Shown here: piece after piece, positions 16,468-23,890 of the stretch
Position numbering within the stretch: the first letter of the stretch is position 1
Layout of the letters: each line of letters opens with the position of its first letter
Source: Escherichia phage HC13
DNA length: 39,803 nucleotides
Strand: one strand, 5' to 3'
Sequence record: OL362276.1
Made by a program: the position numbers and the translations under genes
The notes under the pieces: model-generated
What the model was told of the DNA's origin: nothing
Databases searched by the model: none
What the model saw: only the letters and a program-made list of their open reading frames with translations

Positions 16468-16673
16468 GTGAATACTTACGGGTCCTAGCGGCCCTTAAGT
16501 CTTGCCCGAAGACCTTCCAGTCCAACTACGTGCGCAACAATGCGGCACTGGTGGCTGAGGCTGCGAGTCGTGGACATCTGAGCTGTCTGTCTATGGACGG
16601 GCGTAACAACGGTGCGTGGGAGATTACCGCTGCTGGCACCAAGTTCCTGAACCAACATGGAGGATGCCTGTGA
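16464..16673 (+). CDS. 5.7: gp5.7
   Basis: 69 aa, about 80% identical to T7 gp5.7 as recalled (LKSCPKTFQSNYVRNNAALVAEAASRGHLSCL...GGAWEITAAGTKFL). Confidence 0.85.
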   Translation: MSEYLRVLAALKSCPKTFQSNYVRNNAALVAEAASRGHLSCLSMDGRNNGAWEITAAGTKFLNQHGGCL

Positions 16674-17536
16674 GCGAAAAGAAAATAGCTCTGGTTCTTG
16701 ATGGTGACTATCTGGTCTTCTCTTCTATGGCTGCTGCCGAGGACGAGACTGACTGGGGCGATGACATCTGGACCCTTATCTGCGACCATGAGAAGGCTCG
16801 TCGCATCCTTGAGAACACCATCGCTGAAATCGTTAAGAAGCGCAAGGCGTGGAAAGACGCTAAGATTGTGATGTGCTTCACTGACGATTACAACTGGCGT
16901 AAGGACGTCCTGCCTACCTATAAGGCCAACCGTAAAGGTTCTCGCAAGCCTGTAGGTTACAAGAAGTTCGTAGCCGAAGTGATGGCTGACCCACGGTTCA
17001 ACAGCTTCCTGCGTCCTACGCTTGAAGGCGATGATTGTATGGGTATCATCGGGACCAGACCTCAGATTGTAGGCTGTGACCATGCTGTTCTGGTGTCCTG
17101 TGATAAGGACTTCAAGACCATCCCGAACTGTGAGTTCTTCTGGTTAACCACTGGTGAAATCCTGAGTCATACGACTGCTGAGGCAGACTACTGGCACATG
17201 GAGCAGACCATCAAGGGTGACACTACAGATGGCTACGGTGGTATTCCGGGGATGGGTGAGGACACCACTCGTGCATTCCTTGACGAACCGTATTACTTCG
17301 TGCAGGAGAGCCGCGAGCTTAAGACTGGCAAGAACAAAGGCCAGATTAAGACTGAGTGGAAGAAGTATCCGAAGCGTGAAGACATGACGCTGTGGGACTG
17401 CATGGTTACACTGGCTGCTAAGGCTGGCATGACCGAGGAGGAACTTCTGGTCCAAGCTCAGGTCGCTCGTATTTGTCGAGCCTCCGACTATGACCCTAAG
17501 TCCAAGGAGGTCATCCTATGGACACCATCCATGTAA
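16670..17536 (+). CDS. 6: 5'-3' exonuclease (gene 6)
   Basis: Aligns with T7 gp6 (LVLDGDYLVF, CFTDDYNWRK, YKANRK, KKPVGY, CDKDFKTIPNC, TIKGDTTDGY, MTEEEL). I prefer the GTG at 16670 (SD GGAGGA six nt upstream, overlapping the 5.7 stop); the track ORF starts at 16616. Confidence 0.92.
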   Translation: MSEKKIALVLDGDYLVFSSMAAAEDETDWGDDIWTLICDHEKARRILENTIAEIVKKRKAWKDAKIVMCFTDDYNWRKDVLPTYKANRKGSRKPVGYKKFVAEVMADPRFNSFLRPTLEGDDCMGIIGTRPQIVGCDHAVLVSCDKDFKTIPNCEFFWLTTGEILSHTTAEADYWHMEQTIKGDTTDGYGGIPGMGEDTTRAFLDEPYYFVQESRELKTGKNKGQIKTEWKKYPKREDMTLWDCMVTLAAKAGMTEEELLVQAQVARICRASDYDPKSKEVILWTPSM

Positions 17537-17610
17537 TTTACTGGGTCGGACTTCTGGCCCTTTACTGCATGTACAAGTGGTTCGGGTCGAACAACCGTCC
17601 TAAACACTGA
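17518..17610 (+). CDS. Small hydrophobic peptide (30 aa), gene 6.3-like by position
   Basis: My own translation: MDTIHVIYWVGLLALYCMYKWFGSNNRPKH. SD AAGGAGG seven nt upstream. Confidence 0.4.
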   Translation: MDTIHVIYWVGLLALYCMYKWFGSNNRPKH

Positions 17611-17662
17611 GTCTAGCCGATAGTCATATCCTATCAATCCAACAGTCATCCATAGGTGAAAC

Positions 17663-17686
17663 ACTAAACTATCACTATAGGGACTT
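17663..17686 (+). promoter_or_regulatory. Phage RNAP promoter (TAAACTATCACTATAGGGA, +1 about 17680)
   Basis: Consensus-class match. Position equals T7 phi6.5. Confidence 0.8.
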
Positions 17687-17746
17687 TATGACCTAAGATA
17701 TGACTATAAGATATACTTTAGTCTTAACTTAAAGAGGAGATTCAAG

Positions 17747-18019
17747 ATGGCGATTAATGCTATTGAAAACGTTGTTAAGCAGTTACAGGAAGAAAGACTT
17801 GATGTTCCGAACATCTCACAGTCTGCCATCCAGTTCCTGCACGTATTGTTCAACGCAAGCTACGCTGAGAAGATGGGCGTTATCAGTCTCCTCAAGCAGC
17901 AAGGCTACAGCGATGCGTTCATTGCCGGGTTCATCAAGGGTCTCCAGTATTGCTCTGACACTCTCGACTCTGCGGTTGCTATGCGTCGTGAGCTGAAAGA
18001 TACCGTTCAGTTTGATTAA
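17747..18019 (+). CDS. Hypothetical protein, positional gene 6.5
   Basis: 90 aa, good SD (GAGGAG). By position only. Confidence 0.55.
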   Translation: MAINAIENVVKQLQEERLDVPNISQSAIQFLHVLFNASYAEKMGVISLLKQQGYSDAFIAGFIKGLQYCSDTLDSAVAMRRELKDTVQFD

Positions 18020-18033
18020 CTGTAGGAGGGACT

Positions 18034-18258
18034 ATGTGTTTCAGTCCAAAGATTAGCACTCCGAAGCCTTCGGTCCAAGCACCTGAACCAGCACCCCTGA
18101 GTGAGGAAGTTGCGTCAGTTGACATCGGGGCTGAATCGGATGTGGACACCAACGAGACCAAAGGTATCAAAGACCTGAAGGTCAAGAAGGAGTCTGCACC
18201 TAAAGATAAATCGTCAGTTAGCCGCGCTATGCGAGCCTCTGGCGTCAACATGGGGTAA
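18034..18258 (+). CDS. 6.7: gp6.7-like virion protein
   Basis: N-terminus MCFSPKISTPK matches T7 gp6.7 (MCFSPKIKTPK, recollection). Confidence 0.7.
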   Translation: MCFSPKISTPKPSVQAPEPAPLSEEVASVDIGAESDVDTNETKGIKDLKVKKESAPKDKSSVSRAMRASGVNMG

Positions 18259-18262
18259 GACA

Positions 18263-18685
18263 ATGCTACCATATCTCAACTCACGCGAAGGTCGCCACAT
18301 GTGCGCTTGTCTCCTCTGGGAAGACGGGCAGTCTAACTTCAAGTCATTCGAGGACTTCAAGGCTCATACTTACCGTATGGCTGACGAGTTCGAGGGTGAA
18401 GAGTACACAATCTACGATGTCTCAGGCCAACCAGTAGCGTATCTCTACATGCTGGCTACCACATCTTGGCACCGACCGACTCCCGGTCTTGACCTTTCAA
18501 TAGTCGCTATTCGTCGTGACTCGCAGTCCTCCCGCAAGGTTCTTGAGACTGTCAGACACATCATAGACGAAGAGTGCAAGCGTTGGGGTCTGGGCTGGTA
18601 TTCTCGTGTCAAGCATGTTTCCGGGTCGGTAGACATCGTAACAACCAAGTGCGTTAGCACGAACAAGGAGATTAATCGTGGGTAA
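18263..18685 (+). CDS. gp7-like protein (host-range / virion protein)
   Basis: 140 aa, positional equivalent of T7 gene 7. Start uncertain (weak SD). Confidence 0.5.
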   Translation: MLPYLNSREGRHMCACLLWEDGQSNFKSFEDFKAHTYRMADEFEGEEYTIYDVSGQPVAYLYMLATTSWHRPTPGLDLSIVAIRRDSQSSRKVLETVRHIIDEECKRWGLGWYSRVKHVSGSVDIVTTKCVSTNKEINRG

Positions 18686-18926
18686 ATCAATCAGTAAGGC
18701 CTTCAGTAAAGTAGTAAAAGGTGCTTTAGGTACCGTTGGTCTTGGTTCTAACGATGCACCTAAGGTTGTTGAGGCTCAGACCCCAGCAGCACCAGTGGAA
18801 GTACCGAACGACAAAGTGGAGGATGTGGATACTGAAACAACCGCATCTGACGAGAAGAAAGTGAAGCGCTCCGGTAAGCGTAGCCTTCAGGTCTCTCGTA
18901 CCTCTGGTGGCGGTATTTCTATTTAA
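18678..18926 (+). CDS. 7.3: gp7.3-like tail/adsorption protein
   Basis: GTG start with SD AAGGAG. C-terminus KRSLQVSRTSGGGISI matches T7 gp7.3 (KKSLSVARSSGGGINI, recollection). Confidence 0.7.
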   Translation: MGKSISKAFSKVVKGALGTVGLGSNDAPKVVEAQTPAAPVEVPNDKVEDVDTETTASDEKKVKRSGKRSLQVSRTSGGGISI

Positions 18927-18937
18927 GGAGGTGATGA

Positions 18938-20506
18938 ATGGCTGAACGTGAAGGGTTCGCTGCTGAAGGAGCCAAAGCGGTCTATGACCGACTTAAGAAC
19001 GGTAGACAGCCATATGAGACACGCGCTCAGAACTGTGCTGCTGTCACTATCCCGTCACTGTTTCCTAAGGAGTCCGACAACTCGTCTACTGAGTACACAA
19101 CTCCGTGGCAAGCTGTGGGTGCTCGCTGCTTGAACAACTTGGCTGCAAAGCTGATGTTGGCATTATTCCCTCAGTCACCGTGGATGCGACTAACAGTCTC
19201 AGAATATGAGGCCAAGACCTTGAGTCAGGACTCAGAGGCTGCTGCTCGTGTTGACGAAGGGCTTGCTATGGTCGAGCGTGTGTTGATGGCCTACATGGAG
19301 ACTAACAGTTTCCGTGTGCCATTGTTCGAAGCTCTGAAGCAGCTTATCGTCTCCGGTAACTGTCTGCTTTACATTCCAGAGCCTGAACAGGGTACTTACA
19401 GTCCTATGCGAATGTACCGCTTAGTGTCCTACGTTGTTCAACGTGATGCTTTCGGTAATATCTTGCAGATTGTAACTCTCGACAAGGTAGCGTTTAGTGC
19501 TCTACCGGAAGACGTTAAGTCGCAGCTCAACGCAGACGACTATGAGCCTGACACAGAGCTGGAAGTATATACGCACATCTACCGTCAAGACGACGAGTAT
19601 CTACGTTATGAGGAAGTGGAAGGCATTGAGGTAGCAGGGACCGATGGTTCATACCCACTGACTGCATGTCCATACATCCCGGTACGAATGGTTCGACTGG
19701 ATGGTGAAGACTATGGTCGTTCTTACTGCGAGGAGTATCTGGGTGACCTGAACTCGCTGGAGACGATTACAGAAGCTATCACCAAAATGGCTAAGGTAGC
19801 CTCCAAGGTGGTGGGCCTCGTTAACCCGAACGGTATCACGCAACCTCGTCGTCTGAACAAGGCGGCTACAGGTGAGTTCGTGGCTGGTCGCGTTGAGGAC
19901 ATCAACTTCCTGCAACTGACGAAAGGTCAGGACTTTACGATTGCCAAGTCGGTGGCTGACGCTATCGAGCAACGTTTAGGCTGGGCCTTCCTTCTTAATA
20001 GTGCTGTTCAGCGTAATGCAGAGCGTGTCACTGCTGAAGAGATTCGTTATGTTGCTGGCGAACTGGAGGCGACCTTAGGTGGCGTGTACTCAGTACAGTC
20101 ACAAGAGCTTCAGTTACCTATCGTCCGTGTGCTGATGAACCAACTTCAGTCTGCTGGCATGATTCCTGACCTTCCGAAAGAAGCGGTAGAGCCTACTGTC
20201 TCAACTGGTCTGGAAGCTCTGGGCCGTGGTCAGGACTTGGAGAAGCTGACTCAGGCGGTTAACATGATGACTGGTCTTCAGCCGCTATCTCAGGACCCGG
20301 ACATCAATTTGCCGACCCTTAAGCTGCGACTCCTGAACGCTCTGGGTATCGACACCGCTGGCCTACTCCTGACGCAAGACGAGAAGATTCAGCGCATGGC
20401 TGAGCAGTCGTCACAACAGGCAGTTGTCCAAGGTGCTAGTGCTGCTGGTGCTAACATGGGCGCTGCTGTAGGTCAGGGAGCTGGTGAGGACATGGCTCAA
20501 GCCTAA
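18938..20506 (+). CDS. 8: Portal (head-tail connector) protein (gene 8)
   Basis: Collinear with T7 gp8 (YETRAQNCA, PWQAVGAR, LYRLVSYVVQRDAFGN, YIPVRMVRLDGEDYGRSY, GRGQDLEKL). Confidence 0.96.
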   Translation: MAEREGFAAEGAKAVYDRLKNGRQPYETRAQNCAAVTIPSLFPKESDNSSTEYTTPWQAVGARCLNNLAAKLMLALFPQSPWMRLTVSEYEAKTLSQDSEAAARVDEGLAMVERVLMAYMETNSFRVPLFEALKQLIVSGNCLLYIPEPEQGTYSPMRMYRLVSYVVQRDAFGNILQIVTLDKVAFSALPEDVKSQLNADDYEPDTELEVYTHIYRQDDEYLRYEEVEGIEVAGTDGSYPLTACPYIPVRMVRLDGEDYGRSYCEEYLGDLNSLETITEAITKMAKVASKVVGLVNPNGITQPRRLNKAATGEFVAGRVEDINFLQLTKGQDFTIAKSVADAIEQRLGWAFLLNSAVQRNAERVTAEEIRYVAGELEATLGGVYSVQSQELQLPIVRVLMNQLQSAGMIPDLPKEAVEPTVSTGLEALGRGQDLEKLTQAVNMMTGLQPLSQDPDINLPTLKLRLLNALGIDTAGLLLTQDEKIQRMAEQSSQQAVVQGASAAGANMGAAVGQGAGEDMAQA

Positions 20507-20525
20507 ACTATCACTATAGGAACAA
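20502..20525 (+). promoter_or_regulatory. Phage RNAP promoter (TAAACTATCACTATAGG, +1 about 20519)
   Basis: Promoter-family match. Position equals T7 phi9. Confidence 0.8.
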
Positions 20526-20600
20526 CACCGTAAGTCCAACTCTAGGTGAGTCAACTAGACGAGGCAGGTGTTACCTATTAACTACCAAAGGAGAGACTTA

Positions 20601-21485
20601 ATGTCCCAATCAGTTTATGCCGAGTTCGGCGTTAGCTCTAATGCAATCACTGGTTCCGTTGAGGACCTGAACGAACACCAGAAGTCTATGCTTGAACAGG
20701 ACGTAGCGGTACGTGATGGCGACGACGCTATTACCTTCAAGCAACTGGAAGCCGAAAACGAAGAGGCTGCCGAAGAAGACGAGAACGTCGAAGAGACTGA
20801 AGGTGAAGAAGACCACGAGTCCGATGACGAAGAGTCTGAGACCGATGGTGAACAACCTGAGTTCGTCGAACTGGGTGATGCACCTAAAGAGCTGACCGAA
20901 AGTGTCACCGCTCTGGATGAAAACGAAGCTGCATTCGACGACATGGTGTCTTCTGCTGTGGAAGCTGGCAAGGTCACTGCTGATGAAATTACCGCTATCA
21001 AGGCTGAATACGCCAAGGACGGTAAGCTGTCTGACGCATCCTACGCTAAGTTGCAGGAAGCAGGTTACACCAAGCGTTTCGTAGATTCGTTTGTCCGTGG
21101 TCAGGAAGCTCTGGCTGAACAGTATGCTGCTGGTGTGGTTCGCTACGCTGGTGGAGCTGAACAGTTTAACCGCATTCTGTCTCACCTTGAGTCCAACGAC
21201 CCGTCAACTCGTGAAGCACTGGAAGCTGCTATCGTTCGTAAGGACATTGCTACTACCAAAGCTCTGCTGAATCTGGCTGGCAAGACTCTGGGTAAAGCTG
21301 TGGGTGTTAAACCTCAGCGTACCATCACCACTCAGGCTAAACCTGTGGTCGCACCTAAGGCTCCTCAGACCGAAGCATTCAGCTCCAAGGCTGACATGAT
21401 TAAGGCTATGAGTGACCCGCGATACCTGCGTGACGCTAAATACACGATGGAAGTTCGCGCTAAGGTAGCTGCCTCAAGCCTGTAG
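20601..21485 (+). CDS. 9: Capsid assembly (scaffolding) protein (gene 9)
   Basis: Acidic, low-complexity; aligns with T7 gp9 (AVRDGDDAI, GYTKRFVDSFVRGQEAL, KAMSDPRY). I prefer the ATG at 20601 with SD AAAGGAGAG; the track ORF starts at 20568. Confidence 0.9.
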   Translation: MSQSVYAEFGVSSNAITGSVEDLNEHQKSMLEQDVAVRDGDDAITFKQLEAENEEAAEEDENVEETEGEEDHESDDEESETDGEQPEFVELGDAPKELTESVTALDENEAAFDDMVSSAVEAGKVTADEITAIKAEYAKDGKLSDASYAKLQEAGYTKRFVDSFVRGQEALAEQYAAGVVRYAGGAEQFNRILSHLESNDPSTREALEAAIVRKDIATTKALLNLAGKTLGKAVGVKPQRTITTQAKPVVAPKAPQTEAFSSKADMIKAMSDPRYLRDAKYTMEVRAKVAASSL

Positions 21486-21486
21486 G

Positions 21487-21510
21487 ACTAAACTATCACT
21501 ATAGGGAGAC
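21487..21510 (+). promoter_or_regulatory. Phage RNAP promoter, perfect class-III type (TAAACTATCACTATAGGGAGACC, +1 about 21504)
   Basis: Best consensus match in the window. The transcript starts GGGAGACC and can pair with GGUUUCCC 20 nt downstream, as in the T7 gene 10 leader. Confidence 0.85.
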
Positions 21511-21611
21511 CAAGAGAAAGACTCAAGGTTTCCCTATTACTTCAGTCCATACGGATTGGGCATACAGTAAGTAATAAACTTTATCTTTCAATTGAATAGG
21601 AGAATTATCAT

Positions 21612-22661
21612 ATGGCAAACGTTCCGGGTCAGAAAGTTGGTACAGACCAAGGTAAAGGCAAATCTGGTTCCGACGCTCTGGCGTTGTTCCTGAAGGTCTT
21701 TGCTGGCGAAGTCCTGACAGCATTCACTCGCCGCTCTGTAACTGCTGACAAGCATATTGTCCGTACCATTCAGAACGGTAAGTCTGCTCAGTTCCCGGTC
21801 ATGGGTCGCACCTCTGGTGTGTATCTGGCTCCGGGTGAGCGACTGTCCGATAAGCGTAAAGGTATCAAACATACCGAGAAAGTGATTACCATTGATGGTC
21901 TGCTGACTGCCGATGTGATGATTTTCGACATTGAAGACGCGATGAACCACTATGACGTGGCTGGCGAGTACTCCAACCAGTTGGGCGAAGCTCTGGCTAT
22001 CGCTGCCGATGGTGCGGTACTGGCTGAGATGGCTATTCTGTGTAACCTGCCGGCTGCATCTGATGAAAACATCGCTGGTCTTGGCAAAGCGTCTGTGCTG
22101 GAAGTTGGTACTAAAGCAGACCTGAACACTCCGGCTAAGCTTGGTGAAGCAATCATCGGTCAACTGACCATTGCTCGTGCGAAGCTGACATCCAACTACG
22201 TTCCTGCTGGCGACCGTTACTTCTACACCACACCGGACAACTACTCTGCAATCCTCGCGGCTCTGATGCCGAACGCTGCTAACTATGCTGCGCTGATTGA
22301 CCCAGAGACTGGTAACATCCGTAACGTAATGGGCTTCGTGGTTGTTGAAGTTCCACACTTGACTCAGGGTGGTGCTGGGGAAACTCGTGGTGCCGATGGT
22401 ATCACTATTGCGACTGGTCAGAAGCACGCCTTCCCAGCTACTGCTACTGGTGATGTTAAAGTTGCTCTGGACAACGTTGTAGGCCTGTTCTCTCACCGTT
22501 CTGCTGTAGGTACTGTTAAGCTGCGTGACTTGGCGCTGGAACGTGACCGCGACGTCGATGCTCAGGGCGACCTGATTGTTGGTAAGTACGCTATGGGTCA
22601 CGGTGGTCTGCGCCCAGAAGCAGCAGGCGCACTGGTTTTCACAGCGGCGCCAGCGGGTTAA
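21612..22661 (+). CDS. 10A: Major capsid protein 10A
   Basis: Near-collinear with T7 gp10A (GKSAQFPV, HTEKVITIDGLLTADV, YSAILAALMPNAANYAALIDPE, HRSAVGTVKLRDLALER, AMGHGGLRPEAAGA). Confidence 0.97.
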   Translation: MANVPGQKVGTDQGKGKSGSDALALFLKVFAGEVLTAFTRRSVTADKHIVRTIQNGKSAQFPVMGRTSGVYLAPGERLSDKRKGIKHTEKVITIDGLLTADVMIFDIEDAMNHYDVAGEYSNQLGEALAIAADGAVLAEMAILCNLPAASDENIAGLGKASVLEVGTKADLNTPAKLGEAIIGQLTIARAKLTSNYVPAGDRYFYTTPDNYSAILAALMPNAANYAALIDPETGNIRNVMGFVVVEVPHLTQGGAGETRGADGITIATGQKHAFPATATGDVKVALDNVVGLFSHRSAVGTVKLRDLALERDRDVDAQGDLIVGKYAMGHGGLRPEAAGALVFTAAPAG

Positions 22662-22924
22662 CGACCTTTAAGGCCCTCTCTACAGAGGGTCCTACCTTAG
22701 AGACGTATAGTTCTACGGTGGGAACCAGCCTGAAGGTTGACTTCCCTGAGCTTTCAGATGTGACTGATTGGTCGCTGCTTGAGGTGACTACGCCTGATGG
22801 TGTTAGCTACTCCCGTAGAACCAACAGTCTCTACTTCAAGGCCACCTCTGGCGTGGAAGGTCTGGTGATTGTTGGGTATGACGGTACGCCTGTGCGTTCC
22901 TTCAACGTATCTTTCACAAACTAA
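21612..22924 (+). CDS. 10B: Minor capsid protein 10B, predicted -1 frameshift product
   Basis: Slippery G GTT TTC at 22635-22641 lies seven codons before the 10A stop. I read the -1 frame as open from 22634 through track ORF 22718..22924. Mechanism known from T7. Confidence 0.5.
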
Positions 22925-22927
22925 TTG

Positions 22928-22972
22928 AAACCCCTTGGGTGCCTTCGGGTGCTTGAGGGGTTTTTTTTTTTG
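22928..22972 (+). terminator. T-phi-like terminator after the capsid gene
   Basis: AACCCCTTGGG...CTTGAGGGG stem followed by a run of 11 T. Resembles T7 T-phi (AACCCCTTGGGGCCTCTAAACGGGTCTTGAGGGGTTTTTTG). Confidence 0.75.
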
Positions 22973-22986
22973 CTTAAGGAGGGACT

Positions 22987-23076
22987 ATGGTCCTTATTTA
23001 CACAGGGTTAGCACTATTCGTCTTATTCTGGGCGTACCTGCTGTCCAGCTCACCGTCTAGCGCCTATGACCGTTAA
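22987..23076 (+). CDS. Small hydrophobic peptide (29 aa) between T-phi and gene 11
   Basis: My own translation: MVLIYTGLALFVLFWAYLLSSSPSSAYDR. SD AAGGAGGG upstream. Confidence 0.35.
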   Translation: MVLIYTGLALFVLFWAYLLSSSPSSAYDR

Positions 23077-23087
23077 GGAGTAAACCT

Positions 23088-23654
23088 ATGGCTCAATACA
23101 TTCCACTGAATGCTAACGATGACTTAGATGCCATCAACGATATGTTAGCAGCTATCGGTGAACCAGCAGTCCTACAGCTTGACGAAGGTAACGCTGACGT
23201 CTCGAACGCTCAACGTATCCTGCATCGTGTCAATCGTCAGGTCCAAGCTAAAGGCTGGAACTTTAACATCAACGAAGCTGCTGTCCTGACGCCTGATGTC
23301 CAAGACAACAGGATTCGATTCCTGCCGTCTTACCTTCGGGTCATGACTGCTGGTGCTACCAGTTACTACAGCAACATGGGGGGCTATCTCTATGACCTGT
23401 CCACTCAGTCCACGACCTTCACTGGACCAATTACAGTCGAACTGGTGGAGATGAAACCGTTCGCTGAGATGCCTGTAGTATTCCGTGACTACATCGTTAC
23501 CAAGGCTAGCCGTGAGTTCAACGCTAAGTTCTTCGGTAGCCCAGAGTCTGAACTGTACCTTCGTGAGCAGGAAGCAGAACTCTATCAGCAGGTTATGGAA
23601 TACGAGATGGACACTGGTCGCTACAACATGATGTCTGACATTGGGAGGGACTAA
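23088..23654 (+). CDS. 11: Tail tubular protein A (gene 11)
   Basis: Aligns with T7 gp11 (INDMLAAIGEP, RILHRVNRQVQAKGWNFNI, GGYLYD, YIVTKASREFNAKFFG, MEYEMD). Confidence 0.93.
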   Translation: MAQYIPLNANDDLDAINDMLAAIGEPAVLQLDEGNADVSNAQRILHRVNRQVQAKGWNFNINEAAVLTPDVQDNRIRFLPSYLRVMTAGATSYYSNMGGYLYDLSTQSTTFTGPITVELVEMKPFAEMPVVFRDYIVTKASREFNAKFFGSPESELYLREQEAELYQQVMEYEMDTGRYNMMSDIGRD

Positions 23655-23881
23655 TGGCTAGTCACAACCTGAAGATTCACCGCCAGCACTTTGGTCCGGT
23701 ACAGCTAGGTCTAAAGACAGCAGAGCTGAGACTTAACGACCGGGACTTTAAGGTTGGCGACTGGCTTATCCTGAATGAGTGGGACAACGGGTATACTGGA
23801 CAACAGGTAGCACGTAAGGTTGTCCACATTGCTGACGTTGGTGACATCGCTGAGGGATACATCCTAATGAGTATGATTTAA
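23654..23881 (+). CDS. ASCH/DUF3850-like small protein
   Basis: 75 aa, SD GGGAGGG. LKIHRQHFGPVQLGLKTAELRLNDRDFKVGDWLILNEW...VVHI fits the phage DUF3850 (ASCH-like beta-barrel) pattern as recalled. Inserted between genes 11 and 12. Confidence 0.5.
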   Translation: MASHNLKIHRQHFGPVQLGLKTAELRLNDRDFKVGDWLILNEWDNGYTGQQVARKVVHIADVGDIAEGYILMSMI

Positions 23882-23890
23882 GGAGGGCAT

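Noticed and set aside
16526-17083. 185-aa minus-strand ORF
   Set aside because: Antisense to gp5.7 and the exonuclease gene; no start context.
20610-21185. 191-aa and 133-aa minus-strand ORFs
   Set aside because: Antisense to the scaffolding gene and low-complexity (mirror of the acidic repeats). No expression signals.
21588-22601. 337-aa ORF on the minus strand
   Set aside because: Lies entirely antisense to the well-supported major capsid gene, has no SD or promoter context, and every confident gene in the genome is on the + strand. Long antisense ORFs are common opposite genes with strong codon bias.
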